From NCBI GenBank assembly GCA_021787535.1, contig JAJYLR010000003.1, positions 56 through 64,055 on the forward strand: a DNA stretch of 64,000 nucleotides, in the 5' to 3' direction. Positions 9,787 to 18,729 of this stretch are shown piece by piece. The notes below the pieces were generated by a model that saw only the letters and a program-made list of their open reading frames with translations, searched no databases and was not told the origin of the DNA. The translations under genes and the position numbers were made by a program. Origin of the DNA: a bacterium (GTDB taxonomy: Bacteria > Patescibacteriota > CPR2 > UBA1875 > JAJYID01). The stretch's first letter is position 1. The number at the start of each line of letters is the position of its first letter.

Positions 9787-10355
9787 TCCAGGTTAATTTA
9801 TTGCCTGAAGAGATACGGGAAAACATTAACTTTTCTAAGAAGAATCGAAAAGTTTTAAATCTTTTGAAAATGATATCTATCCTCTGCCTTTTCATATTAG
9901 CCGGTTTCCTGATCATTGGAGCATCACTTCTTTCCAGCAGCAGTTTCTTTAAAAAAGCGATTAGCGAGTCTACAGATACTCTGAGATCCTATCAGCCCAG
10001 TATCGATGAAAAAGAAAACATAGAAAACAAAGGGGTGATCGTCGCTAATATTCGGAAAAACTATAGATATTGGACTAAGTTCAACTATATCTTAGCTGAG
10101 AACACGCCTCAAGGGATTTATCTCTCCACGGTAGCCAACAAAAATAAGACTTTGCAAATAGAAGGTTATGCGAAGACTAAAAACGATGTCGGGATTTTTA
10201 GGGACGCTCTAGGCAAAAGCTCTGCTTTTTCAAATGTGAACATCGAGAGTATAAAAGAAGTGCCGGATCCTCTAAATCAGAACCTTCAAGTGAATGACTT
10301 CATCATGACTATGGCGCTTGAGAATGCGGCGACAAATCAGGGAGGCGGACGATGA
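9783..10355 (+). CDS. pilN: PilN-like protein
   Basis: VNLLP motif, TM, TPQGIYL. Confidence 0.88.
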   Translation: MIQVNLLPEEIRENINFSKKNRKVLNLLKMISILCLFILAGFLIIGASLLSSSSFFKKAISESTDTLRSYQPSIDEKENIENKGVIVANIRKNYRYWTKFNYILAENTPQGIYLSTVANKNKTLQIEGYAKTKNDVGIFRDALGKSSAFSNVNIESIKEVPDPLNQNLQVNDFIMTMALENAATNQGGGR

Positions 10356-10933
10356 GAGTGAAAAAAATAAATGCGCGGTCGCTTCTCGGAATCCTTTACG
10401 GATTTTTAGGGCTTATTATAATCTTAACGTTGGCAGCCGGGGTATATCTTGCCCTCAAGGTAAATGACCTGAGCTTAGAGGTAGCAAAAAACAGATATTT
10501 ATCGGTAAATAACAATCAGAAAATAGAGGCCCTCGCTAACCTTCAAAAAAATTTAAAAGAAATGTCTGATGAAAAGGCGCTTTTGGATAGCTATCTGCCT
10601 CAGGATAAAGAAGTTTCCAGTATCTTGAAGGACTTTGAAACATTATCGGGGGCAAATGGCTTAAGTTTCAGTATTTTTACCGCCGGCGAAGGATCTTCAA
10701 CCACAACATTCAAACCTTCGAGCGACCAGACGCAAAAGTCCGGCAACTATTATGTTTTTCCATTTCAGGTGACTGTCAACGGCAGCTTCGCCCGCATCAA
10801 CCTAATGATGAGGGAAATGGAAAATTATAAGAGATTAGTAGAAATCAAAGATATTAAGTATGCAAAAGATACCAGTGCCCCGTCAGATATTACAGAGGCA
10901 GTTTTACAAGTTAACGCTTATTTAAAAAAATGA
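10352..10933 (+). CDS. pilO: PilO-like protein
   Basis: TM, coiled coil, LPQDKEV, MENYKRLVEI. Confidence 0.85.
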   Translation: MRVKKINARSLLGILYGFLGLIIILTLAAGVYLALKVNDLSLEVAKNRYLSVNNNQKIEALANLQKNLKEMSDEKALLDSYLPQDKEVSSILKDFETLSGANGLSFSIFTAGEGSSTTTFKPSSDQTQKSGNYYVFPFQVTVNGSFARINLMMREMENYKRLVEIKDIKYAKDTSAPSDITEAVLQVNAYLKK

Positions 10934-11238
10934 AAATTCCAAAACCACCAAAGCCACCGAAGCTAAAAAGGCAAATTCAGTTCAATTTCTCTGCGAAGAT
11001 GCCATATATTTTTATAGCGCTCTTTCTTGCCGTTGGTTTGTCTATGGTGGCTTTCGGCTACCTTCTCCTAAACCGCCAGCCGCAGCAGTCGGTTGTCTCA
11101 GGCATGCAAAACGAGATAGACGGTCTGAAACTTAATTATGATAAAAGAAAAACAATGGAACTTTTCAATACGATGTATAATACTTCTGATTTCAAAAACT
11201 CTGCTTTTCAAGGCAAAGATCCTTTCATGAGTTTTTAA
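10930..11238 (+). CDS. Small membrane protein in the PilP position
   Basis: TM plus C-terminal GKDPF; last gene of the pilMNO operon. Confidence 0.65.
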   Translation: MKIPKPPKPPKLKRQIQFNFSAKMPYIFIALFLAVGLSMVAFGYLLLNRQPQQSVVSGMQNEIDGLKLNYDKRKTMELFNTMYNTSDFKNSAFQGKDPFMSF

Positions 11239-11244
11239 AGTGCC

Positions 11245-11273
11245 TTGACCTGTGCGGCCGTTTCGATTATAAT
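11245..11273 (+). promoter_or_regulatory. Sigma70-type promoter with no protein-coding gene behind it
   Basis: TTGACC-17 nt-TATAAT. Confidence 0.75.
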
Positions 11274-11279
11274 TATTCA

Positions 11280-11557
11280 GCGTTCGAAACGACTTACCGT
11301 TTTCATGAGAAACCAGAAGTATGGTAATTTCTCAAGGTAAAATGTTTTGTTCGTACCTACAGATACAGGGATACGGGTCCCTACAAACTTCCTGAGGCGG
11401 AAGTATACGTAAGGTCTGTAGGTTGATTTCAATGGGTACTAAGAATCTGGCAAAAGCAAGTGAAACTCTGATTGTTGATAGATTCAGTTCTCTTCTTGAA
11501 AAAAATGACATCTCAGCCTCCTCTCTATTCAAGGGCGCTCCCGTAAGCGCTCTTTTT
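11280..11557 (+). ncRNA. Candidate structured ncRNA (~280 nt), family unassigned
   Basis: Own promoter, several stems (TGAGAAA/TTTCTCA, CCTACAGAT/GTCTGTAGG, GAATCTGGCAA/TTGATAGATTC), terminator GGGCGCT..AGCGCTC-TTTTT; no credible ORF. Confidence 0.5.
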
Positions 11558-11633
11558 CCTTTGGAAATTTTATCCGGCGGCTTTTTTATGAAAAAAAGCT
11601 TTCCAAAAAAAGCGCATTGTTTATACTTAGGTT

Positions 11634-12869
11634 ATGAATGCAGTCAAAACACAGAGAGGCATCGGTCTAGAGCATTATCAGGGTATTATTGATGATTCCC
11701 TTTTTGATGAGGTTGTTGGTCTGGCCAGGCGGCTCAAGGATGTTCGGGTTTGCCATATAAACGCCACTTCATACGGCGGAGGCGTAGCAGAAATTCTTCA
11801 AAAAGAAATTCCTCTGGCAAAAGGAATGGGTCTTCAGTTTGACTGGAAAACAGTTTCCGCTGAACCGGGATTTTTTGATGTAACCAAAAAAATACACAAT
11901 GGGCTTCAAGGGGCAGATGTGAAAATTTCCGAGCGCGAATGGCAGATATATCAAAGCTGCAATATCGATCAGGTGAAGCGTATTAACCCTAGCGATTATG
12001 ACGTTTTCTTTATTCACGATCCTCAGCCGGCTGAGATCATCGGCTGCATCGGCAAAAACGGCGCCAAGTGGGTCTGGCGATGCCATATCGATACTGATGA
12101 GCCAAACCGGGCGATTGCCGATTATTTCCTGAAGTTTTTAAATTTATATGATGCGTCTATATTCACTATGAAAGATTACGTCTTAAAAGGCATGAAAAAC
12201 GATATTTTTATTATTGAACCGGCCATCGATCCGCTTGCTATAAAAAATCGCTGCTTATCACACAAAGAAGCTGAAGAACTGGTGAGGGGTTTTCATATTG
12301 ATACGAGCAGGCCGCTTGTCACCCAGGTGTCGCGCTTTGATCCCTGGAAAGATCCGATTGGCGTAGTTGATGCCTACCGAGCAGCTAAAAAGGAAATGCC
12401 TGAGCTGCAGCTTGCCATGATCGGTTCCATGGCCGATGATGATCCGGAAGGGCAAGAAATTTATAATCAGCTAAAAGAGTATGCAGGCGAAAATCAAGAT
12501 ATTCATATTCTTACCAACCATGATGCGCTACACGACATCGAAGTCAACGCTTTCCAGACTTATTCGGATGTTATAATCCAGAAATCCGTCAAAGAAGGTT
12601 TTGGGCTGACGGTTTCCGAAGCGCTCTGGAAAGAAACGCCGGTTATAGGCGGCAACGTCGGCGGGATACCGACTCAGATTCAAGATGGCAAGACCGGATT
12701 CCTCGTAAATAATTCGCTAGAATGCGCCGAAAAGATCGTTTATTTAGTTAAAAATAAAAAGATTGGCGAAAAAATGGGAAAACTTGGCAAAGAGGATGTC
12801 CGGAAAAAATTTCTCTTACCCCGGCTTCTGCGAGATGAGCTAAAGCTGATAGAAAAGCTAGTCCACTAA
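11634..12869 (+). CDS. treT: Glycosyl-transferring trehalose synthase (GT4)
   Basis: HINATSYGGGVAEIL, IHDPQP, WRCHID, QVSRFDPWKDP, QKSVKEGFGLTVSEALWK. Confidence 0.9.
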   Translation: MNAVKTQRGIGLEHYQGIIDDSLFDEVVGLARRLKDVRVCHINATSYGGGVAEILQKEIPLAKGMGLQFDWKTVSAEPGFFDVTKKIHNGLQGADVKISEREWQIYQSCNIDQVKRINPSDYDVFFIHDPQPAEIIGCIGKNGAKWVWRCHIDTDEPNRAIADYFLKFLNLYDASIFTMKDYVLKGMKNDIFIIEPAIDPLAIKNRCLSHKEAEELVRGFHIDTSRPLVTQVSRFDPWKDPIGVVDAYRAAKKEMPELQLAMIGSMADDDPEGQEIYNQLKEYAGENQDIHILTNHDALHDIEVNAFQTYSDVIIQKSVKEGFGLTVSEALWKETPVIGGNVGGIPTQIQDGKTGFLVNNSLECAEKIVYLVKNKKIGEKMGKLGKEDVRKKFLLPRLLRDELKLIEKLVH

Positions 12870-12907
12870 TTTGACTTTTAGCTTTATATTGGTTAAATTT
12901 TAATTAA

Positions 12908-13027
12908 ATGTTTGGAAATTTTGCTAGAAAAGCAAGTTCATTGAATCGAAGAAACAAGAGTTGGCAAAGAATCTATTCAATCAAAAAGTTTCGGTTCAGC
13001 CGCTCGAGAGGTCTGAACCGGGCCTGA
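12908..13027 (+). CDS. Possible 39-aa basic leaderless peptide (or part of an sRNA)
   Basis: MFGNFARKASSLNRRNKSWQRIYSIKKFRFSRSRGLNRA, directly after TTGACT-17-TAAATT (12871-12899). Confidence 0.35.
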   Translation: MFGNFARKASSLNRRNKSWQRIYSIKKFRFSRSRGLNRA

Positions 13028-13230
13028 CACCTCCGCGTCGCCCGCTTATACTTCATCTGTTCCTTCAAACACCATTTTGGGTTTTTAGGGTAACATAACA
13101 GACAGGCATAAGCGGGCATTTTTTATTTTATAATTTTTCCGCAAAATTTTTATAAGATTTACAGATGTAAACCTCCTTTAAAAGAGCATAATAAGGATAC
13201 TTTAAATCATAAGAGAAGGAGGTGATCAAG

Positions 13231-13638
13231 ATGGCGGAAGAAGAAAAAAAAGATAAGAAAAAGGAAGAGGAGGGCAAAGAGTTTCATGCTCACGCTTATG
13301 TTGAGAGGCGTTATGGCCAAACAGCGGCAAGCGCCAGCTGGCAGCAGTGGATAAACGGCATTTTAGGCCTCTGGCTGATCGTAGTTGCTTTAATCGGGCT
13401 CTCAACCAGTGCAACCACACTTGTGGTCACTGGTATTGTTATTGCTATAGTCGGATTCTGGGGCGCGGCTATGAGAACTGCGCTATGGCAGCAATGGGTG
13501 AATGCGATTTTGGGACTTTGGACGATAGCAATTCCATTTATTGGCTTGTCAGATATTGCTTTGGGCTGGACGGTGGGTATTACGGGACTTGTTATCGCTG
13601 TTCTCGGCTTCTGGGCGACCGGACGGGAGAGCGCATAA
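13231..13638 (+). CDS. SPW-repeat membrane protein
   Basis: Duplicated WQQW(I/V)N(G/A)ILGLW units; SD AAGGAGGTG. Confidence 0.8.
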   Translation: MAEEEKKDKKKEEEGKEFHAHAYVERRYGQTAASASWQQWINGILGLWLIVVALIGLSTSATTLVVTGIVIAIVGFWGAAMRTALWQQWVNAILGLWTIAIPFIGLSDIALGWTVGITGLVIAVLGFWATGRESA

Positions 13639-13776
13639 AGTACTGGTCCTATAAAAGATAAAAGAGACCGGCTCTACGGCGCTCTTTTATCTTAGATTGA
13701 TAGACTTGTACCCTATGTTTTTAGCTTATTTCTTCTAATTTTTGAAAAAAATCGAACCTTGAGGAGGATACTTATT

Positions 13777-13968
13777 ATGCGTGGACTAGGGTTTGAGTAT
13801 GTGAGATGTCCGAAGTGCTTTAAAATGCTTTTTGAGGAAGAATCGGCGAAGGGCAAGATTACCTGCCGGTATTGCAAAACCGTTATAAACATCCGCGACA
13901 TCGATTGGAAGAGCCATGCCGTGAAAGGAAAGGAGAGTGGCAGCGATGAAATACGGGGAGGCAATTAA
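13777..13968 (+). CDS. Small zinc-ribbon protein (Com-like pattern)
   Basis: RCPKCFKMLF...CRYC; SD GAGGAGG. Confidence 0.7.
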   Translation: MRGLGFEYVRCPKCFKMLFEEESAKGKITCRYCKTVINIRDIDWKSHAVKGKESGSDEIRGGN

Positions 13969-14140
13969 AAATCTGGAAAACATTCCTGCAACTAACCGTC
14001 TGGGCTATCTGGAGAATAAAATCTGTCCGCTTTGTCCGAGCACTGTAAATTGCGAAAAGGGAAAGTTAGAGCATCTTCAGTGCTTGGTGCAGCTTGCGCA
14101 GAATTTTACTCCCATGTTCGACTATGGGCGGCCGCGATAG
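13937..14140 (+). CDS. Small Cys-containing hypothetical protein
   Basis: CPLC..C..C; SD AGGAAAGGAG; start GTG 13937 or ATG 13946. Confidence 0.55.
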   Translation: MAAMKYGEAIKNLENIPATNRLGYLENKICPLCPSTVNCEKGKLEHLQCLVQLAQNFTPMFDYGRPR

Positions 14141-14224
14141 CGGCCGCCCCCACAATATCAATTTGAAATAAAAAATTTAAACATTGGCCGATTAAAAGAT
14201 TTTTATTTTTCCTATCATAGAAAT

Positions 14225-14899
14225 ATGGAAAAAGTTTTAATATTTGCATTGATTGGAACAGTCTGTTTTGTCCTTGGCGTTTCAGCCGCATCGGGGCATC
14301 CCGAATTTTTTATTCAAAGCTTAGCAGCCACGGGAACGTTAAGCTTGGCTTCTGTGACAGCGCTCGCATTTTTTCGCAGTTCTAAAATGGCGCGCGACAG
14401 ATTCCATGAAGCTGTCTTGATTTCTATTGATACTGACGGCACTTTTGAAATCAGAAATGATTGGCATAAAAAGATTAAGGTACTTGATGTCAGGCAGCAT
14501 CTGGCTACTATTACCCCCGCGCGAAGTTTACATAGCTGGAGACAGGGCAGAAACCTCTCTTTTGAAGAAAAATACTCCGGCAACAAAGGAGTCTATTTTC
14601 GCAGCAGGCAAAAGCTAAACAAGCGTTTTTTCTTGAAATCAGCCAGGAAGGTTCCAAAAACAAAAATCAGATCGAGAATAATGGAGAATGAGCTGGAAGT
14701 TGCTCCGGGCGAGAGGGTATTTATGGATAGGTCGCATACTCATCAGCTGCCGCTGGGAAGCGAGTGCGCCCTCGGTTATGTTTGCTATAGCTTAGTCAAA
14801 TACCGCGACATGGAAGATTCGATGCAGAAAGAAATTCTCTTGAAACACCGCTATTCTCTCTATATCGATCCGCGGGAGAGGTGGATCAAAATAGGGTAG
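14225..14899 (+). CDS. Hypothetical protein with two N-terminal TMs
   Basis: 224-aa ORF with hydrophobic N-terminus. Confidence 0.65.
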   Translation: MEKVLIFALIGTVCFVLGVSAASGHPEFFIQSLAATGTLSLASVTALAFFRSSKMARDRFHEAVLISIDTDGTFEIRNDWHKKIKVLDVRQHLATITPARSLHSWRQGRNLSFEEKYSGNKGVYFRSRQKLNKRFFLKSARKVPKTKIRSRIMENELEVAPGERVFMDRSHTHQLPLGSECALGYVCYSLVKYRDMEDSMQKEILLKHRYSLYIDPRERWIKIG

Positions 14900-14949
14900 T
14901 GTTTGTGAAAGTTGCCGAAGAAACTAATCGGCCGGAGTGATAGGTTATC

Positions 14950-15183
14950 ATGAGCTGGACGGGTTTACATGGAGCAGCTTTATTAAAAGCGATAAAAAGC
15001 GAACTTGAGGGGGATCTGATGCATGGTTATACCAAATGTCCGAGTTGCGGAAAATTTCTTTTTGAGGAAGATTTTCAAGGAGAGTACGAGAAAAAATGCA
15101 GATGGTGCGGTATCGGTCTGAATCCCCGCAATCTAAATTGGCGGGGAGCAGCTGACATAGTATCAGGTAAAAAAGGAAAATAG
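14950..15183 (+). CDS. Small zinc-ribbon protein, paralog-like to 13777..13968
   Basis: KCPSCGKFLFEE...CRWC..NPRNLNW. Confidence 0.7.
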   Translation: MSWTGLHGAALLKAIKSELEGDLMHGYTKCPSCGKFLFEEDFQGEYEKKCRWCGIGLNPRNLNWRGAADIVSGKKGK

Positions 15184-15292
15184 TTTTGGCAACAGAAAGA
15201 GCAGTTGTTTTGAGTATAACCGGCATAAGCTGAAGCTGTCTCCCCTGAAAGTTTTGAGGGGCGGCTATAGGCCGCCCCTTTATCTTATATCT

Positions 15293-15913
15293 TTATACTG
15301 TAATCTGCGAAAACCCTCCCTCTTGATAGACATTGAGCCAGAGGCAGAGAGCTTCTTCTGCATCAAAAATCTTGAGGTGTTCCTGAGATATATTTACAGG
15401 TATTTTCCGGATCGTTTCTTTCAACCAGTTACTCAGCAGAATCGGCTCATATATAGCGTCTTTCTCTTCATAACAAAAGGAGGTTCTGCAATTTCGGGGA
15501 CGGACGTCATATATTGTGCAGGATTGTTTGTAAAGAAAAGGGCATAGATCAACGCGATCAAATACTTCCAAATTAGAGCTCATAAGGCCGATATCCTCTA
15601 CGAAATTTGAAAGGCATTGTCTCATCTTTTTTCTCACCCATCTCTCAGCGCCGCCGCTAAGCTTTTCAATTTCCTGGAGAATAAACATGAACTCTACAGC
15701 CGAAAGCTCGAAATATGGGTGGCAGCAAGTATCGCAGCCATTTCGGCAGGCGATTTTTTTCTGTCTTTTCCGAAAATGATTCACCCACTCCTCATCAAAA
15801 ACCCTGTAAGCGGCAATGAGATGGTCTGCGCCTTGTTCGACGAGTCTTTTAGTCTGACTGTTTAACTGATGAAGCCGTCTTGCTTTACGTCTTTTCGTCA
15901 ACATAAGGTTCAC
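15293..15913 (-). CDS. YkgJ-family (CxxCxxCC) cysteine-cluster protein
   Basis: ACRNGCDTCCH, CPFL...CTIYDVRPRNCR. Confidence 0.85.
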   Translation of the reverse strand: MNLMLTKRRKARRLHQLNSQTKRLVEQGADHLIAAYRVFDEEWVNHFRKRQKKIACRNGCDTCCHPYFELSAVEFMFILQEIEKLSGGAERWVRKKMRQCLSNFVEDIGLMSSNLEVFDRVDLCPFLYKQSCTIYDVRPRNCRTSFCYEEKDAIYEPILLSNWLKETIRKIPVNISQEHLKIFDAEEALCLWLNVYQEGGFSQITV

Positions 15914-16020
15914 CCTTCCTGAGATGTAAGGATTTGAGGGAAATTGTTAAGTATTATAGCATAAAAAGTGATTATGTTCTATTGTTTTTGAAGTGGAGTC
16001 GGTTGCTTTGGCAAAAGAAA

Positions 16021-16044
16021 AAGGCGGCCCTGGCAGGCCGCCTT
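16021..16044 (-). terminator. Intrinsic terminator of ORFan cassette
   Basis: AAGGCGGCC-ctggca-GGCCGCCTT with A-run on the + strand. Confidence 0.7.
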
Positions 16045-16075
16045 GATCAAGTTTCTAATTTCGGGACAGTGGGGA

Positions 16076-16594
16076 CTAGCCCACTTTGATGTAGCGAGGA
16101 GGCAGCAGCAACTCATTTTCGCTGATAGTTGCTATCTCCCTTACCGTATTCTCATTGGTTAGGCCAAGGTTCAGGCCGGTGATGAGGGTGAAGCTCTCGT
16201 CATGCTTCCATGGCAGACCCGAGCCCGAGAGGATGTAATCTTCTCCGATGAGCACTGCTCCTGGCCACCTTTCCTTCATGTCTGCGCTTTGAAAGCTTGA
16301 GACATGGCCTTCGGCTATGTGTTCGCCGAGTCGGCAGCCCTTTTCTTGGCAGTGATGCCGGTACTTGACTGCGAGGTCAGGTGTCAGCTCTCCGAAGAGA
16401 ACTGTTGCGAGAGGGACCTTGGCTATAGCACTCTCGACCGTGTAGATAGAGCCGTAAAAGCCAGTCTTCGGCGTGTCCTTGCCCTCATCTGACGTGTTGT
16501 AAGCCAATAGTGCTAGCTCGGCCACAGATCTCATTGTATCGAGAGCGTGCACGAGACTGTATGAACCAACTGTGTCAGTAAGCAAATTGTTCAC
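16076..16594 (-). CDS. Hypothetical protein, possible GlcG/HbpS-like fold
   Basis: EKGCRL..HVSSFQS..WPGAV..ILSGSGLPWKHDE. Confidence 0.6.
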   Translation of the reverse strand: MNNLLTDTVGSYSLVHALDTMRSVAELALLAYNTSDEGKDTPKTGFYGSIYTVESAIAKVPLATVLFGELTPDLAVKYRHHCQEKGCRLGEHIAEGHVSSFQSADMKERWPGAVLIGEDYILSGSGLPWKHDESFTLITGLNLGLTNENTVREIATISENELLLPPRYIKVG

Positions 16595-16600
16595 CTCCCT

Positions 16601-16957
16601 TCAGTTAGTCGTGTCCGGATACTCGGACATTTGGACTGCATTTTCCTCTCCAAGCATGAAAATCTCGTCGTATCCATCTTCGTGTCGTAGGAAAAATACG
16701 AACATGTTAGCCACTATCAATTTGGCTGGTTTCGATCCAACACCATAAACATCATTCATACAATCTATGGCGAGTTCATTTCCTTCCAGGAGTGCCTTCT
16801 TGAATTTGTCGAAGTCAGCAGGACTTACGATAATCTGCCATCCTCCCGAAGGGCCAACATCAATGACGGTATGGTCTTCTCGCTTCCAGATGATGAGAGA
16901 TTTCTTTTGAACCTCTCGGCCTTCACTGTCAGTTAGTGCTATGTCTTGTAGGAGCAT
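16601..16957 (-). CDS. Hypothetical protein
   Basis: ATG 16957 after AGAAAGGA; co-oriented with the next gene. Confidence 0.65.
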   Translation of the reverse strand: MLLQDIALTDSEGREVQKKSLIIWKREDHTVIDVGPSGGWQIIVSPADFDKFKKALLEGNELAIDCMNDVYGVGSKPAKLIVANMFVFFLRHEDGYDEIFMLGEENAVQMSEYPDTTN

Positions 16958-17062
16958 CTGAAGTCCTTTCTTAGAATGTACACGATTGATCATAAAACCA
17001 AACTTAATGGTAAATATTAACATAAAAATATTAATTTGTCAAAGATTTTTGCGAAAAGGGTA

Positions 17063-17121
17063 TTGACAACTGTATTCGGTATTGCTATATTTTATTAGCA
17101 CTCGGACACCGAGAGTGCCAG
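17063..17121 (+). promoter_or_regulatory. hrcA promoter and CIRCE operator
   Basis: TTGACA-17-TATATT, then TTAGCACTC-N9-GAGTGCCAG at 17095-17121. Confidence 0.92.
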
Positions 17122-17170
17122 AAATCACATCTTGGTGTAGTATGCAGTATACCGTATTGAGTATTGAGGG

Positions 17171-17250
17171 GATTCTGGACAAGCCAGAATGACAAAGGGA
17201 AAGGGATTCCTCCGCTTGCCCCGTCGGACGGGGTTGTCGGTCGGAATGAC
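17171..17250. repeat. Two tandem REP-like palindromes in the hrcA 5' UTR
   Basis: GATTCTGGACAAGCCAGAATGAC and GGGATTCCTCCGCT...GTCGGTCGGAATGAC. Confidence 0.85.
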
Positions 17251-17258
17251 AAAAACCT

Positions 17259-17969
17259 ATGACATCACGCAGAGAAGCGATATTAGAAGCGATTGTTCGT
17301 GAATACGTCGAAACGGCGGAGCCGGTTGGCTCTTTAACGCTTGTTCGGAAGTACGCTTTTCCTTACTCCTCAGCCACGATTCGTGCTGAGATGGCCATGC
17401 TGGAGGAAAATGGCTTCATCATGCAACCGCACACTTCAGCGGGAAGAATTCCGACCGAAAAGGGTTATAAATATTTCGTCAAAATGATTGAGAATGAAGA
17501 AAAAAGCCTGGCCGGTCGTGAGGAGGATATATTAAAAAAGCGCATTGAAGCTATGCATGCTCAATACGAGCGTAAGTTTGACGCCGCCGCGCTGGCACTG
17601 GCCGAGATGACTAGAAATGTAGCGCTTTCTACGCTTGGCCAGGAAGTGTATTCGCATGGTTTGGCAAACCTTTTCCGCCAGCCGGAGTTTATAGATACGG
17701 ATCGCGTGCTGGGGATAGCCGACATGATTGACAACATGAGCACGCTGTTAAACGAATTACCCAGAAGCAAGAATTTCATGGTTCTGGTTGGCTCCGAGAC
17801 GCCTATTGGCAAGTCAGCCGACGCATCACTTGTCATATCGAGAGTAGACACTCCCTACGGGGTTCGCGGATATTTAGGTGTCTTGGGTCCCACCAGGATG
17901 AGTTATGAAAGGGTAATTCCATTAGTTAAACGCACCAGAGATTTGCTGGAGAATGATTTAAATAGGTAG
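17259..17969 (+). CDS. hrcA: Heat-inducible transcription repressor HrcA (short form)
   Basis: AEPVGS, SSATIRAEM, QPHTSAGRIPTEKGY, GVLGPTRMSY; CIRCE upstream. Confidence 0.95.
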   Translation: MTSRREAILEAIVREYVETAEPVGSLTLVRKYAFPYSSATIRAEMAMLEENGFIMQPHTSAGRIPTEKGYKYFVKMIENEEKSLAGREEDILKKRIEAMHAQYERKFDAAALALAEMTRNVALSTLGQEVYSHGLANLFRQPEFIDTDRVLGIADMIDNMSTLLNELPRSKNFMVLVGSETPIGKSADASLVISRVDTPYGVRGYLGVLGPTRMSYERVIPLVKRTRDLLENDLNR

Positions 17970-17970
17970 C

Positions 17971-18081
17971 TTTACAAGGGTCCGACCCTTCTAGGGACGA
18001 ATTCTTTGCGAGGGTCGGGCCCTTGTAAAACGGGAGAACAAATCACCTTCTCCTGTCATTCCCGCTCAGGCGGGAATCCAG
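17971..18081. repeat. CAAGGGTC-type palindrome pair plus a GTCAT-type palindrome
   Basis: 18/19-bp IR 17971-17989/18011-18029; GTCATTCCCGCTCAGGCGGGAATCCAG at 18055-18081. Confidence 0.8.
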
Positions 18082-18141
18082 ACAAGCAATGTTAAATAGT
18101 TAATTATAGAATTTTAAATAAATTTAGAAAGATCAAGAAGT

Positions 18142-18729
18142 ATGAAAGAGAAAGACAAGAAAGCCAAAGGCAAAAAGGAAGACCAACTGGATTCCCGCCG
18201 GAGTTTATCCGACGAAGCTAAAGCGTGGGCGGGTGGGAATGACAAGAAAGAGGTCAGGAATGAAAATATAGAAGCCGAGCATGACAAGGGTCAGACCCTT
18301 GCAATGGAAAATGTTGCTTTGAAGAAGATGCTGCAGCGGGCACAGGCGGATTTTATAAATTACCGCCAGCGTGCAGAGCGGGAGAAGTCAGAAATGGTCG
18401 ATTACGGCAAGCTGGAGACGATTAAGGAGCTTCTGCCGGTATTCGACAACTTCGAACGGGCCAGAAACCATTTCCCGAAGGAGCTGGAGAAGAATGATTG
18501 GGCGCAGGGGATGCTCGCGGTAGAGAAGCAGTTTGTCCAGAAAATGGAAGAAATGGGGATTAAGAGAATCCCGACAGTCGGCGAGCAATTTGATCCAAAT
18601 TTACATGAGGCAATACACATGGAGCCGGCAAAAGGCAAGAAATCGAATGAGATTACCTGCGAATACGAACCGGGATACATATATAAAGATAAAGTTTTAA
18701 GGTATGCAAAGGTAAAGTTGGCAAAATGA
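18142..18729 (+). CDS. grpE: Nucleotide exchange factor GrpE
   Basis: RAQADFINYRQR, LLPVFDNFERA, FDPNLHEA, GYIYKDKVLRYAKV. Confidence 0.95.
   Translation: MKEKDKKAKGKKEDQLDSRRSLSDEAKAWAGGNDKKEVRNENIEAEHDKGQTLAMENVALKKMLQRAQADFINYRQRAEREKSEMVDYGKLETIKELLPVFDNFERARNHFPKELEKNDWAQGMLAVEKQFVQKMEEMGIKRIPTVGEQFDPNLHEAIHMEPAKGKKSNEITCEYEPGYIYKDKVLRYAKVKLAK

Noticed and set aside
11423-11692. 89-aa ORF from the track
   Set aside because: Runs through a terminator and overlaps treT out of frame; no SD
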